Assembly (NCBI GenBank): GCA_904063045.1
Contig: CAJFCJ010000009.1
Location: 42,942 to 106,941 of the forward strand
DNA length: 64,000 nucleotides
Direction: 5' to 3'
Origin: Dimorphilus gyrociliatus
Lineage: Eukaryota; Animalia; Annelida
In this document: positions 36,901 through 57,300 of the stretch, in pieces
Position numbering within the stretch: position 1 is the stretch's first letter
Layout: every line of letters starts with the position of its first letter
Translations under genes and position numbers: made by a program
Notes under the pieces: model-generated
Databases searched by the model: none
What the model was told of the DNA's origin: nothing
What the model saw: only the letters and a program-made list of their open reading frames with translations

Positions 36901-37921
36901 TATTTGTTGTCAATGCTCATCTAAATCCATTAATTATTAATTACTTTTTAATTTAAATGGATTTTTAACATGTTTATTTGTTCTGATTAACAGTTTAAGG
37001 CGGCTATACGAACTTTCAATACTAAAGAGGATAAATATATGCAACCCGAACCTAAATTTAAAATGGCTATTATGAAAAGAAATATTAATCGCGTTTCTAG
37101 ACTAGCTCAAGCTGCTATAGAAACTGGAAGATTTATACAAAGTTGTTTCGATTGGGAATCGAAAGCTCGCAGTACATCAGCTTTTCTTGTTTTTCTTATC
37201 GTCGTATGGAATTTTGAGTTATATATGCTTCCTATAACAGTTTTAATAATATTTCTTAAAAATTTACTAATTGTTCAAGTCGTTGGTCACTTTCAAAAAG
37301 AGAGGGATATCGATGTAAGCATATTTGTAATCATAGACGCCACAACGTATATCTTACAATTTGTGTATCAAAATAATATTAATTATTCATATAGGATTAC
37401 GTTGACGAGGAAGACGACGACGAAGACGATGACAAAGACAGGGTATGTAAATTAAATTTATAAATATACAGTATATACAGTATCTGTTATATTTTATATT
37501 ATATAATTATACAACTTTGCTTGTATATTTTAAGTTTATAGGATAAATTCAGAGTAAATAAAATATATTTTTCATTACATACACTCACACCAAAACATAC
37601 AGAAGGTAACGTAGGCTTCTTTTTTAATTTTTTAAATAACTTTATAATTTATCGTTTTTGTTTGTTTTAATCTCTCTTTTTTTTTTAACTTTAATTATCT
37701 CACTTCTATAAATGTTTAATACATTTATAAGCTTTTAAATTCTTTTCAATTTATGTATATACAGTATATACATTATATAATGTATATAGTAAGTAAATAT
37801 TATGTGCGTATTTATTTCAATAATGGGAAAAGTTTTCTCTTTTCCTGTTTTATTATTCATATTTTATTAAGCTATTATAAATAATTTATTGTTGTTTATT
37901 TGTAATATTTACATATTAAAA

Positions 37922-37955
<34 letters not shown>

Positions 37956-38636
37956 TATATATATATATTATGCTTTTAAGTATGCTTGAATCGTTTTCTA
38001 TCATTTTGCATTCTTATATTTTTCAATATAATTGACAATAGAATATTTTTATAGTCCTCTTTTCATATTTATTGTCCAGGAGGGTAAGAAATCCTTTAAA
38101 GAAAAATTACATCAAATACAAGAACTGGGCCTACAAATTCAAGAGGGAATGGATAAAGTGGCCTGTTTAGGAGAGCATGTTAAAAAGTAATAGTATTTTT
38201 TGGAACTATAAATATATTAATTAATTACAATCAATAACTAATATATATAAATATATAAATTTATATTAGCAGACCGAAATTAATTAGTTTGTATTTCTAT
38301 TGATAAAAACAGCACTTTTAATTGGGTTGTCCCCTGGTTGTCTTGGCTCGCTGTTGTTGTACTTATTATAGCTTCCGTCATCTTTTATTATATTCCTTTG
38401 AGATATCTCATACTACTATTTGGTACGTAGTAATTCACTTTATTTATTTAATTCTTAATGAATTTTTTTGAATAGGTATTAATAAATTTACAAAGAAACT
38501 TAGAGCTCCTAACGCAATTCCAAACAACGAATTATTAGACTTCCTATCAAGAGTACCCTCTGACAAAGAATTAGTTATGTATAGAGAATTAAGACCTGAT
38601 CCAGCAATTATTGGAACAAAACGGAAAAAGAGTTAA
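29723..38636 (+). CDS. MCTP: multiple C2 and transmembrane domain protein (MCTP); core 33404-38636 with alternative phase-1 5' exons from 29723
   Basis: Three C2 domains (SDPYV...[18 protein letters not shown]...[13 protein letters not shown]...YDED), FDWES TM region, acidic stretch, PRT_C-like C-terminus [13 protein letters not shown]. The extent upstream of 33404 is inferred from splice phase. Confidence 0.92.
31841..31929. repeat. (GA)n and (TGAA)n simple repeats in MCTP 5' intron
   Basis: gagagagagagggagagagagagag followed by aatgaatgaatgcatgaatgaatgaatgaat. Confidence 0.75.
37925..37968. repeat. (TA)n microsatellite
   Basis: About 20 TA units with one interruption, in an MCTP intron. 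Confidence 0.9.
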
Positions 38637-39208
38637 AAGTATATTAATCACCTACTGCATTCCATAAAACGAACACGTATATGGTGAAAGAAGGCTAGTA
38701 AAGTATTACTGTTGAATTACGAAACAAGACAAAAGAATGGTGTATACAAACATTTACTCCTATTTTCTCCTTTCCTTGTTACAACACAGACTTAAACTTA
38801 ATCATTCCTGCTTATTGTTAATTATTATCCCTTTTAATTCGTTTCTAAATTGATAAAGAAGAGAATTAGAGAAGAAAACAAATTCGATACTGCAGTATTT
38901 TGTTGCATTGTTTAAAATTGCTTTGAAGTGATCTGAAACAAAATGGTCTATCATCTAGTCACAAAACTATTACAACTATCAATGATAATAATAATTATAA
39001 CTTATTAACGTAACTCGAGATTTTTAAAAACATTCTTTTATATTTCAGTATCTTATCAGTTAGTTACTCGTAGTCTTTTTGAAGATAAGAGAAAGCAAAC
39101 TAGAGTATAAATGATAGAGGATAGAAAGAAAAAAAATATAATAAATTAACATTTCAAAGGAATAAAAACAGCAAAAGAAAAACAGTAATATTGTAAAAGT
39201 TTCTTCAT

Positions 39209-42200
39209 TTATTTAACTTTCTCGGCTTTCTCCGATTGCTTCTCATAAAGTTGCTTAAAAGTCTTTGCTTGTTTAATACATTGTTGACCCTTGTCTATTT
39301 CTTTCATTAATAACTTTAAGTCATCACCGTCCATATTAGGTAATTCTAAAGTTTCAATTTCATCTTCAATTGTCAATTTATGAATAGCAAGATCTATAGC
39401 ATCGGTATCTGATAGGATCGCTCTATGATATCTACCGGAAGTATACTTTGATAACTCATTCAAAAAATGATTAGCTCCGTCGTCTTCGCATGCAAACGAT
39501 ACTGTATGAATTGGTATCTTCTCGTGTAGCTTAATAAAGTCAAAAATTTTATTGGTACTCGTATCTGGCTTTCCATCACTTAGCAATATTATTGAATCTG
39601 GTTTTAAGTTATAAGCATCCTCTAAGGCTTCCAGTGTACAGGTATTACCCTTAGCCGTAATTCCAGACAGCCATTTAGCAGCTAACTCGCAATTTTCAGA
39701 GCTCGCTGACGTTATTTGAGATCTAAATGTTTGAATTTCATCGTCAAAAGTCTTTATCGTAAAGTTTATTCTGTAACGAGCCAATTGTTCCCAAATTAAG
39801 GCTGCTACGGCTTGTTTCAAGTGTTCTACGTATTGAATCATGGAACCGGAAGTATCTAAGAGAATTACAATATTCTTCTCACAGATAACGCCGAATATTC
39901 GCCTACTGGACGATAGAAGCCATTGCATTCGTCTAGCATAAGACTTAATTGCTTTATCAACTTTCCTTATATAATCGTCCAAGTCATTCGGTAAAAGTTG
40001 AAGATGTCTTACTGTACCCTTATAAGTAACGCTCGGGAAAATCGAGCATGTTCGACTTTTGGCATTTAGATGGCGCTTGTGCTTACAATCGGGAGCCGAG
40101 TGGAGTAACGAATCCAAGTCAATTTTTAATCGTTTTAAACTATGTTTTGACAACCAAGAACGGCCGGTTTCTTGAACCTCGTTGACGCTTTCTTTAGCCT
40201 TCTCTCTAACGTTCTCCTTCTTTACAAGAATCGGAGTCTTTTTCAATTTTAAAGCAGACCTAGGTCTTGTCAACGAAGAGGTTTGAGAAGTACCCGAAGG
40301 GGCAGGCAGGGCTTGACGAGGAAAGGGTGCTGATAACGACTGCGATGAAGGTGCTTGATTCTCTGCAGACATCTTTTTCTTTACAGATTTCACTAAAACA
40401 GCGCACTTTCTACTGTAATTCAAAGCCTTGTCTATTTCATTTGTTAGAAGGTTTACGTCGTCACTTTCTATAACACCTGTTTCACGGAACCAATGGAAAC
40501 GTCCTCCTGACGAATGTGCTACTGCCCTTAAACAATCAGCCGTTGTTGTAATATTGGCATAGCGTGATGGTATCGCTCCGCTCGAATCGTAGTCGTCAAC
40601 ATTGAAGAGAATCATATGAACGGAACTGTACCTAGCAACGCAGACGTCTTGAACGTACGATGTTAAAACGCTACGCGGTTGGTCTGGAATACCGCTGGTC
40701 ATTACATAGACACCTTCCACTTGAATATTATGATCTTGCTCTCTTGCTGACTCGAACGCCATCCGTAAAGCACCCAGCAGATTTCTAGATCCGGAACACT
40801 GTTGCTCTAACAACCATGCCCAAGCTGCTTGGAGATTCTGAGCCGTTGGTTTAACGACGTGGGGCTGAAAAGCTTTGGCTTCTGATCCAAATACTATAAG
40901 ATTGAATAGTTTCTTTTTATTCATTTGCTGTTCCAGAAGTAATCGTAGAGAATGTTGAATGTGTACTAAGTAAGGGGTATTTAAGGAACACAAATCAACG
41001 CATATAACAACAATTCCTTCAACAACTGTCCCAAATAAGGCTCTACTTGATTTTGCTAACCATTCAACTCGCTTTTCGTATAGTCTGACAGCAACACCCA
41101 ACTTCTTTTGATAATCGTACAGTTGAGCTAAATCGACGTGAACATTCTTGATTGTGCCGTCAATCCAGTTACATTGAGCCATCGTCTTTTCGTGAACTTG
41201 CGATTGAACCATTTTATTTAATATTGGTACGTATTGTTCGCAATACGAATAGGCGTTCGGAGCCAAAACCTGATACAAGTCAAGGCGCTGGGCTCTTAGT
41301 CCATGTCGGTCTAACCAGCCGAGCGATGTACTTTCTTGTATTGTAGCTCCTTCAATACACAAAGGATCTGTATGACCTGGAGGTTGAGGTAATAATCTCG
41401 ATTGAGGCAATTTGACTATTTCTTCGTTTATTTCCGACATAACTCTAACTAAAGCGGTTCCCAGTAGGCCTTTCTTCATCTCTCCAATTTTATTGAGAAC
41501 GTCTTGTGCCGTTTGTATTTCCTTTAGCAGGGTGGATATATCCGATCCAGTATATATACTCTCCTCGCACGTTGCAGCATAACAGTGATACCTTCCATCG
41601 CAAGTTTCGGATATCCGGCGTAAAGTTGTCATTACATTCTGATCGCTACAGTCGTAAGCTACTGTTGCTATCTTCATTTGCCTCCCAATCAAAAGTTCAC
41701 TTACATATGAACAAAGAACCTCGCAAGGCTGATCGGGTACTGCTCCGCAAATTATTAAAAGAGAATCAAAATCAGTTTTACTATTCAAAGCGAATTTTAT
41801 AGCTTTTAATAGATTACATCCTCCGGAAGGTTCGAAGCAGTTGACCCAAGCTTTTGCCTCATTTAATCTGATAATACAATTAGAGAAGATAATTTTACCA
41901 TATACAGTTTAGATGTTTAAAGAATGCTTACGTATGCAAATTTACATTAACTAAATCTGGCCACAGAGGTGTAACTGTACTGCCAAAAGATGCCAAATAA
42001 ATTTTATCCTTTGTGGACAATTGATCATCTATTAGATGCTGGTTAATTAAATTAAAGAATATAATTAGAAATTAACTCAATTGAATGTAACAACACTTAC
42101 TAATAAACATTGTTGGTAATTTGTCAATCTACCAAAACCGCAATTTGCATCTGAACAATCGAGAAGAACTGCAACTCTTCGTCCTTGTAATAGGCCAAAC

Positions 42201-42868
42201 ATCTAACGAAATGATTAAATGGAAAATATGATGTTTTCTTATTAAAGTGAGAAGAAAGATTAAACAATTTACCCTTCGGCTATCTTGAAGAAGCCATTTT
42301 ATCCTATCGGTATATTCGCTTATTGCCCTGTAATGGATAGCGTTAAATTAGGATTATATAGTCTGTATTAAAAGGTCATTAAATAAATTATACGCACTGA
42401 TTTAATCGCAATTCAAATTCGTGAATGTCTTGAGCTTCGAATGAGATTTTTTGCTGAACTCTGTTACCTTCTGATACTTCTGGTCTGCATATCTTTCCTT
42501 TGCTAACCAGCTCTTTTAGCAATAAACCTTTACTTTCTACACCGTGTTTTCCTAACCATTCGGATGAATTTTGGCATTCTCTCTTTGCTATTGTTGAGGG
42601 ATCGGCATTCTATAGAAAATTTGCTTAGCTTAAATTTGAACTAATTTCTTGTAAAACTTTTAATATTAACATGTAAAATATATCCTTGGTTAACGTGAGT
42701 AACCGTTAAAGGATGTGGTTCAACAGCATTGGTATGTCTAGGACCAATCCAGGCCGGTCTTGAGTTAGGATAACCTCCTCTGGCCTCCTCTAAAGCAAAA
42801 TCCCTTAGTCTCTCTAAAGCTTGTTGCTTGCGAGGATTTTCTTCCTCTCTTTCGGAAGGTCGGGTCAT
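39209..42868 (-). CDS. VWA3A: von Willebrand factor A domain-containing protein 3A-like, multi-exon
   Basis: WLDRHGLRAQRLDLYQVLAPNAYS...HEKTMAQCNWIDGTIKNVHVD...YEKRVEWL repeats, and VWA domains (ILLDTSGSM, LLSDGKPD). Confidence 0.85.
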
Positions 42869-42922
42869 TTTAGAGATTGAAAGATGCCTTCTCAATCTCG
42901 GCTTGAAACAAACTTATTTACA

Positions 42923-42936
42923 GTTGTCAAGGTAAC
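42923..42936. promoter_or_regulatory. RFX X-box upstream of VWA3A-like
   Basis: GTTGTCAAGGTAAC, 55 nt upstream of the ATG; close to the GTNRCC-N2-RGYAAC consensus. Confidence 0.6.
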
Positions 42937-43348
42937 TAGTCTCGCACTAAATAAATTAATAATATAAAATAAAATATTGTAAATTTCTTATAAAATTTCT
43001 TAAAATTAAATTATGCAGTAGAAAAATTTTTTATATTTAATTATAAAATTTGACTGCGTTGCGCCGGAAGTAACCATCTGCGCTGACGTATTTGCTAGTG
43101 AGTTGTAATTTTTTCGTCGATTCCTATCACATAGAGTAGGTAAGTGGATTTTAGATTTATTTATTTTCTAGTCAATTCTAATCATTTTTCCAAATATAAA
43201 TTTTATTCTGTGTGAGACCTAAACCATACAGCCAGATTCCTGTTTTCGTGTGCTCTCATTCGCGTTGACAAAGGTCAATAACTGCAAACAACGATGATTA
43301 ACACCATGTTTTTGATTTTATCATCTACAGGGAGGCTAAACCGAGGAC

Positions 43349-44055
43349 ATGTTTTTGTGGGATTGGTTTTCGAGCGTGTTAAATTTTCTAGGTCTGTATA
43401 AAATTGTTCGATTGAGTCATCTGTGACACTAACATATTCGAATGAAATCTATATAGGTCTGTATAAAAAATCGGGAAAACTCGTCTTTCTGGGTCTCGAC
43501 AATGCTGGCAAGACAACTCTGCTTCACATGCTGAAGGATGACCGAATGGCTCAACACGTACCAACGCTTCATCCGACATCAGAGGAGCTATCGATGGGAG
43601 GAATGAGATTCACTACTTTTGATTTAGGAGGACATAAGCAAGGTATAAAAAAAAGATTGATCACTGTCAGAGACAAGTAAATAATTCTATTTTGATTTTT
43701 AGCGAGAAGAGTTTGGAAAGATTATTTCCCAGCTGTGGATGGTATCGTGTTCTTAGTCGACGTAGCTGATCGAGAACGTTTGAACGAAGCACGTGTTGAA
43801 TTAGAAAGTTTGATTATTGACGAACAAGTTGCGATGGCGCCGATTTTAGTTCTCGGCAATAAAATAGATGTTCAAGGTGCTTGCTCCGAAGAAGATATTC
43901 GCCACGTGATGGGAATACACGGAAAGACAACTGGCAAGGGGCAAATACCCGTTTCCGAATTACATACAAGGCCCATGGAACTTTTTATGTGTTCTGTCCT
44001 CAAACGTCAAGGTTATGGCGAAGGTTTTCGTTGGCTTGCCCAATATATTAATTAG
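43349..44055 (+). CDS. SAR1: small GTPase SAR1; introns 43392-43456 and about 43642-43702; 5'UTR intron upstream
   Basis: [15 protein letters not shown]|[20 protein letters not shown]...DLGGHKQ|[10 protein letters not shown]...[14 protein letters not shown]. Confidence 0.97.
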
Positions 44056-44329
44056 CTTTCTTTCAAAAAACTTTGTTGAATGGACGAATCAAAAACATCA
44101 GAATGGTAAAAGGCTATAACAATTGCCTCGTGAACTATTACATAATTTATAATATTTGACAGAAGAATTAACTATGATTCTACCTTATTTATATTCAATC
44201 TTTTCCATGTAAGATCAATAAGAAATTTAATGACTAAACAAATTCTTGATCATCTCGATAAATTGAAATAATAAGCAAACGCATTGATTAACCTTTCAAA
44301 AAATGTATTGTATCCGTAACATCAGACAT

Positions 44330-44761
44330 TTATTTAGCGGATTGTGCTTTTCTTTGAGCTTGGATAACTCTTTGCATTTCTTCTCTCTTTCTCTTTGCTC
44401 TGATGTGGGAGCCGAGCTGTAAATAAAAATTATTTATTTAGAAGCTCCAACTTTTTTACATTCTTTTTGACTTACCCTCTTCTTTGAGAATTTCAAAGCT
44501 CTCTTGTCTTTTGAAATTTTAAGCAATTCCATAACCCTACGCTCATACGGGGCAAATCCACTCACTTCACGGATCAAATCGCGAACAAATTTGGATCTTT
44601 TAGTAAGAGCCTGCAATTTTTTTCAACAATCAATTCAAGTTTCTTAGCGACATATTCTTTTTACTTACACCCTTTCTTCTAGATGGTCTGGGTTTGCTTT
44701 TGTTCTCAGTCAATTTGAGACCCTTGTTAAGGCCTACGGCCATACCGTATATAACAGGCAT
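44330..44761 (-). CDS. RPL36: 60S ribosomal protein L36 (eL36), 3 coding exons
   Basis: MAVGLNKG...[39 protein letters not shown]|[17 protein letters not shown] motif CTTCCTTTTC on the minus strand near 44930-44939. Confidence 0.97.
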
Positions 44762-45264
44762 AATGCTGAAAAACACATTTTAAATTATTCTTTGTAAACG
44801 AAAATGAGGGATATACAAGTAAATTATACATAAAGATGATTTTTGGTAATAATCAAATTTGAAGTCCACTTACACGCAGTATTTTAATAGATCTTTAAGC
44901 GGATCAAAGTATCCTGCAAGCGTCGAGGTGAAAAGGAAGCGGAAATCGATGTTAATTTTAAAGACAAAACTGGTAGGAATACACAAACCGGAAACTCTTT
45001 CTATATTTCTGTTCTTGCCGCCTGATGGAACTTAACTGTTCAATTTAAATGATATCAAACAAGTATTTGGCATGCTTAATTTCCTTATTTGTTAAAACAG
45101 ATGTTAAACAGAAAAAATAATTGTTTTGATACCATACACTGAGTGCTCCCTCTATCCGACTAAGGGCATATTTGTAACTTTTGTGTTCATAAAACCTCGT
45201 ACATTCTAAAATTTTCAGTCTCTTACTGAATTTGTGGACTGCACGGGAAGTCTGGGTGCGCAAA

Positions 45265-51725
<6,461 letters not shown>

Positions 51726-51791
51726 GATATTTTTTGGTTTTAAAGATAGTTTTATTTGATTTAATAAAGTAATTGTTAGTTTTACACGAAT

Positions 51792-54009
51792 CTAAGGTGT
51801 ACATCGTTCACGAAATCGTGGATACAAACATACTTCACGAATGTGATAGCGGCCGAGAAGCCAACATAGAAATCTTTCTAAACCAAGTCCATAGCCCCCA
51901 TGTGGACAAGAACCGAATCTTCTCTGATCTGTATACCAATAGTATGGTTTCGGATTAAAATTATTGACTTTATAAGCCTCCATCAGTTCGTCGTAATCAT
52001 GCATACGCATGGAGCCACCAATCATTTCACCTACTCCAGGCATAAGCATATCGACGGCTTCTACTACTTCTTTATTTTCTGGACATCGACTCATGTAAAA
52101 ACTTTTTATGTCCTTTGGAAATCTGCAAAATAGTATGGGTTCACCAATTAGGTCAGTCATTGCCCTTTCGGGTGCTTCTGGTATATCTTCTCCAAACTCA
52201 TAAAAGGTTTTATCATCTTTTGTTATGTTGTGTTCTTTCAGGAATTTTATACCTTTAAACATAAATAATTATGATAATGCTGATAGTTGACAAGAATAAA
52301 GGCATCTTTACCTTCGCTATAGTCCATACGCTTAAAGGGTTTAGTAGGAATCTTAAATTTAGGGTTAAGGTCATAAACATATTGACTTAAAGGAGACTTC
52401 ATTATGCGTTCACAGGTATCAACAACTAAATCCTCTATTCTATCCAAGAGATCATCGAATGTGATAAATGGACATTCTCCCTCGATATGAGTATATCTGA
52501 TAAAAAATGTTCGTTATTTCGTGAGAGTTTGAGAAAAATATTTACTCTGCTAAGTGGCGTCTTGTTCTTGACAATTCTGCTCTGTAAGATTGAGCAATGC
52601 AATATACATCACCCATTGATGGAAGGAGCGTTTCTAAGTACAGTTGTGATGATTGAGTCAAGTAAGCCTGAAACATTGTTTATAAATTACTTGATATAAA
52701 TATTTTAAATAGAGTTACCTCTTCTCCAAAATAATCGAATTTAAATAATGTCGAACCACCTTCACATTGTGTTTGAACCATTGTTGGAGGGGTAACTTCA
52801 AAATATCCTCTGGATGCGTAATGATCCCTAAAAGCTTGTAAAACAACAGAACGCATTTTCATAATCTTGGTTGTCTATAAAAGGAGCATGATTCATTAAT
52901 ATAAATTAAAAATATCAATTTTCAAATTACATTTTCACCACGCAACATGATGTGCCTGTTGTCCAATTGAACTTCAACGTGAGCTTCTTCGTTCAATAAG
53001 GCATCCGATCCACCAGGAGGCGCATTCCCAATGATTTCCCAGTAATCAACTATCAGTTCATGACCGTCTGGGGCACTCTTTCCTTCTGGTATTTCTTTAA
53101 TCGTTCCATAAACATGAATTGAAGTTTCAGTTGTCAATAACAGTGCTTCATATGTTTGACACTATATATTGATTTATGTTATTATAATGACAGTAATACG
53201 TAAATATAAAGGTATAGATAAAAGCAAAAAAATCTACCAGCTCATTGTTAAGCACGCATTGAATAAATCCAGTTCCATCGCGAAGTATCACAAACAATAG
53301 AGACTTTGACTGTTTTCTTATTCGATGAACCCAACCTTTAATGGAAACCCTCTTTTCTCTATGTTCTTTTGAATCTCTAAGTTTAATCTGACAATACACA
53401 GCAAAAGAATGATAAATATTATATGAAGATTAAAACAAATATATATTACCGGAATGGCAGTTGGTAAACTTTTATCTAACGTAATCTTTATCTTCTTGGC
53501 GTCTTCAATGTTTTGCTGTCTCTTTGCGGCATCTTCATCCTACATGAAAAGAGTATGAAATAAAATATATTGTTTTTCAATATGAAATTTATCAAATATT
53601 TAATATTAGCTAGTAAAAGTAATTAAAATTTTTGTTAACTTCTCGTTTAGATGCTTTCTCCAACTTTCGAACTTCTTGTTGATACAATTTTGTCTGCTTT
53701 TTCAATTGTGCTTTTGCTATTGCATCATATGGCTGTTATTTACATATAGTTCGTTAGTAGATATTAAAAATGAAGTAAATTTACTTACAGTTTGCTCATC
53801 CTGCCCATCCACAAACAGACTAGGAAATGGTTCACCAGAAACTAGAAGCGCCTTCAACACTGTTTTGTATGGCTTCTCTTTGGTACCGTCACCTGTCTCA
53901 TCACTTCCTCTTTTTTCTGACGTATATACTTCTTCTACATTTTGGAGAAACGTTTGAGCGAAATTATTGAAAATTGTTTAAAAGAATTGGAGAACATACT
54001 TGTTGACAT
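51792..54009 (-). CDS. NARS1: asparagine--tRNA ligase, cytoplasmic, multi-exon
   Basis: N-terminal [26 protein letters not shown] fold GWVHRIRKQ...RDGTGF, motif 3 [16 protein letters not shown]-terminus [11 protein letters not shown]. Confidence 0.96.
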
Positions 54010-54173
54010 ATTTTATATCAATATGACTTCGTTCAACTTGCTTGTGATCTCAACGAGATATATGATCTGTTTGGAGAAGTGAATAGTTATATATTTATTC
54101 AATGCAATGTTGCATCAGACCTTTTTGCGGAAATCGCGTGCTTTGTCACCGGAACTACGAAGCGGTATGTTTT

Positions 54174-54183
54174 GCGCATGCGC
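54174..54183. promoter_or_regulatory. NRF1/Ewg-type palindrome in NARS1/INTS3 bidirectional promoter
   Basis: Perfect GCGCATGCGC, with an ETS-like CCGGAA nearby and a second GCGCATGCG in INTS3 intron 1. Confidence 0.55.
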
Positions 54184-54325
54184 GAACATATTTCTTAGGC
54201 CTATTCAGACTGACACCCCTATGGCTTCAATTTGGGTGCGTCTAATATTTTTTCATGTGGAAAGAGTGCGTCGGGTCTAATCTAGCCCAATTTTCAACGC
54301 TTTTACACTTCCCTTAGCATTTATT

Positions 54326-57300
54326 ATGGACGCGAATATTAAGATTAAGTCGCGACTATTTAATACATTAGCGGTGGAACAACGGGAAGAGTTAGATGAG
54401 GTAATAATCGTCTATAAAAATGATTACGAGCGACAAAACAATGATCCGCCATACTTATTTTTGTAAGAGCGCATGCGTAGTTCTCTCAATTTCGAGTTCG
54501 CGCCACTGTTTAAAATAATGTTACTTTACAGAGATTAGAAAGATGCAATAATGCCCTCCAAGTACATATGGACGGTGTCACGGAGCGAGAATCCAACGAA
54601 GCCCTGAACAGTCAAGTGTGCAAAGGCCCGACCCAACATGAAGAAATTCAACTTGGTCTCTTGTATTCCATTTTAACAGATAAAAGTTTAGCTGCAAAGG
54701 TACAAAATTTAATGATATAACATCATTTATATGTAACAAGAATTATTGCAATAGTGTCACAGAAATATGACTTTGATAAATCGAGATGGATTTAGCGTTG
54801 TCGTTAATACTATGGGAAAATTAATTCATGAAAAATGGCCTAAAATGCTTGATGGGGCCAAAACACAATATCTATGGTTATGTAGGGAATTGTTAAAAAG
54901 TAATGTTAATAATTTGGACACTGTTATAACTGGATGTTTGAAGCAAATTGCTGGTGGAGATATTTCTCAAAAAAACATCTTTTTAGCAGAAACTGTCTTG
55001 GATATTTTAACAGAGAATAGGTAAATAAAAAAGAAATAAATATTAATAATTTATCATTTTTTTAAAAGGAGGAATCTATTAATTCTTATTATTATTTTTT
55101 CATTCTTTCTTTTTCGAAGACGATGGCTAGATAAAAATAATTCTATTTTGCTTACTTCATTGTATACATATCTAAGAATTATTGCCGATCACTGTCGAAG
55201 CGAATTAAATCATCTACGTCAAAAAGAAGTTGAATTCTGTGTCAACATTTTAAGGGAAAGGGTAAGATTGTTAATTTTCTTTTTAACTTTCTACAACACT
55301 ATTCTATTTCAGTGGCAAGATTGTATGACAATAGGAAGAGATTTAGTTAGACTTTTACAAAATGTATCAAGAATTCCTGAGTTTACATCTATCTGTTACG
55401 ATATGATGTATAATCCGACTGCACTTAGTCCAACGTTCACTGGCATTGATCAAATAATGAAAATGAAAAGCAGTCGAACTTATATAAGAAGTCGCTTAAC
55501 TCCGGATATGGAATTTAAACTGCATTTCCTTACGACCAAAGTAGCATTTGGAAATCATAAACGTTATCAAGATTGGTTTCAGCGTCAGTATTTATCAACT
55601 CCTGAGAGTCAGACGCTGCGTTGTGATATTATTCGATACATATGCACTGTTGTGCATCCAAGTAGTGATATTTTAGCAGCAAATATTACACCAAGATGGG
55701 TTGTTATCGGCTGGTTGTTAGTCTCTTGTTCTGTAAGTTTTAAAAAAATTTTTACTTAACTTTTTGAAAATAGTTTAATATTGATATTTTAGTCAAATTT
55801 GTCGGCTTGTGATGCAAAGTTATCTCTGTTTTTTGATTGGCTGTTCTTCGACCCTGATAAGGATAGTATACTTAATTTAGAACCTGCTATACTAGTGATG
55901 CTCAATTCAATGAGAAGTCGTCCAACAATAACAGTCAACCTATTGGATTTCCTCTGCAGAGTAAGTAGAAAAAGACGAAATAAATTTCCCTATTAAATTC
56001 AATATGTTTTTTTTTAATAGATAATGAAAAATTTTTGTTTACCTTTTGCATCTGAAGTTAAACAATCAATTCATGGGTGTCTCAAAGCATTATTGAACAA
56101 AAAATTTGTTTCTTCTCTCGAACCTTTATTCGAAAATCCATCGCATGACAAAGATTTAAAAGCCATTATTAAAGAATGTTTCACTGAATTTCTCACTCAA
56201 CCAGAAAGTATGAAGAAATACTAGTCCTCGTTAAAAACACCAAAGATGCTTATGCTTTTTTTTTTAAAACAGCTATAGCTCCTCCCCCACCGACATCTAA
56301 ACTACCGTTAGTCATTGACTTAGAAAGTGAAAGTACAAATAATAGTGTAATAGAAATCGAAGGTCAATTTAGCGATTGTGAAGAAAATGCAGACGAAGAA
56401 ACAGGTGTTAAAATAGGTATGAATCTTACTAATGGGAAATTACACGAATTTGTTTCTTATATCCTTATAATTTTTTCTTTTGTTTTTTATAGAAAAAATA
56501 ATGAAGGCTATTGAATTAAAGCCAATAACTGAGAGATTAAGAAGAAAAAACGGTGCTAAGGGTGAAAATATTTTAAAGCTTGTTGAAAAGTTGGACGGTG
56601 ATATCAAAACCTTTATAAAGGAAATGGAGCAAGAGAGGTAATTATTTCTTTTTAATAAACGAAAACTCCGAAAACGATTCTATATAAAATAACAGCGATA
56701 GTGCAGTTCAATGTGAAACAATGGACAAATTAATGCAAGCCGTCATGGATGAAGGATTGGATAATGAATCAGCAACTGCTCTAGCTATATCTATCACTAG
56801 CGTCATAGATTATTGCTTTCAATGTCAAATTTTACCCGGAGAACAAACTGAAGAGTAAGTGTATACAATTATATTAAAACTAAAATTAACGAAAATATCA
56901 TTTTTCTTTTCTTACACAGAAGCCTAGAAGACTCACTCGGTACTCCATTGTTTGTTATTTTTAGGTTGGTATATTTCGTAAATTCTTTTTTAAAATATTA
57001 TATTTGTTAAGTTTAAACATTTTTACGGATCTTGACAAACAATACTGTTTATTCTTTATAGAAATCTATGTGCCATTGAAGACGATGACCCGAGAAAACA
57101 AACGCTACTTGTATTATTACAAGAAATGTATAAAGTAGAAAACAGAGTTGGACATAGATTTTTATATTTTTTAAAAGTTAGGTAAGTTAATAAAAATTCA
57201 GTTTTTTTAATATTTTCTTTATACAGTATATATGTATATATAACTATTTTGAAAATGTTACTCCTACTTCCTTAAAGTAAACAAAACGATGATAAAATGG

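Noticed and set aside
40267-41802. + strand ORFs within VWA3A-like
   Set aside because: Shadow ORFs opposite a long conserved CDS.
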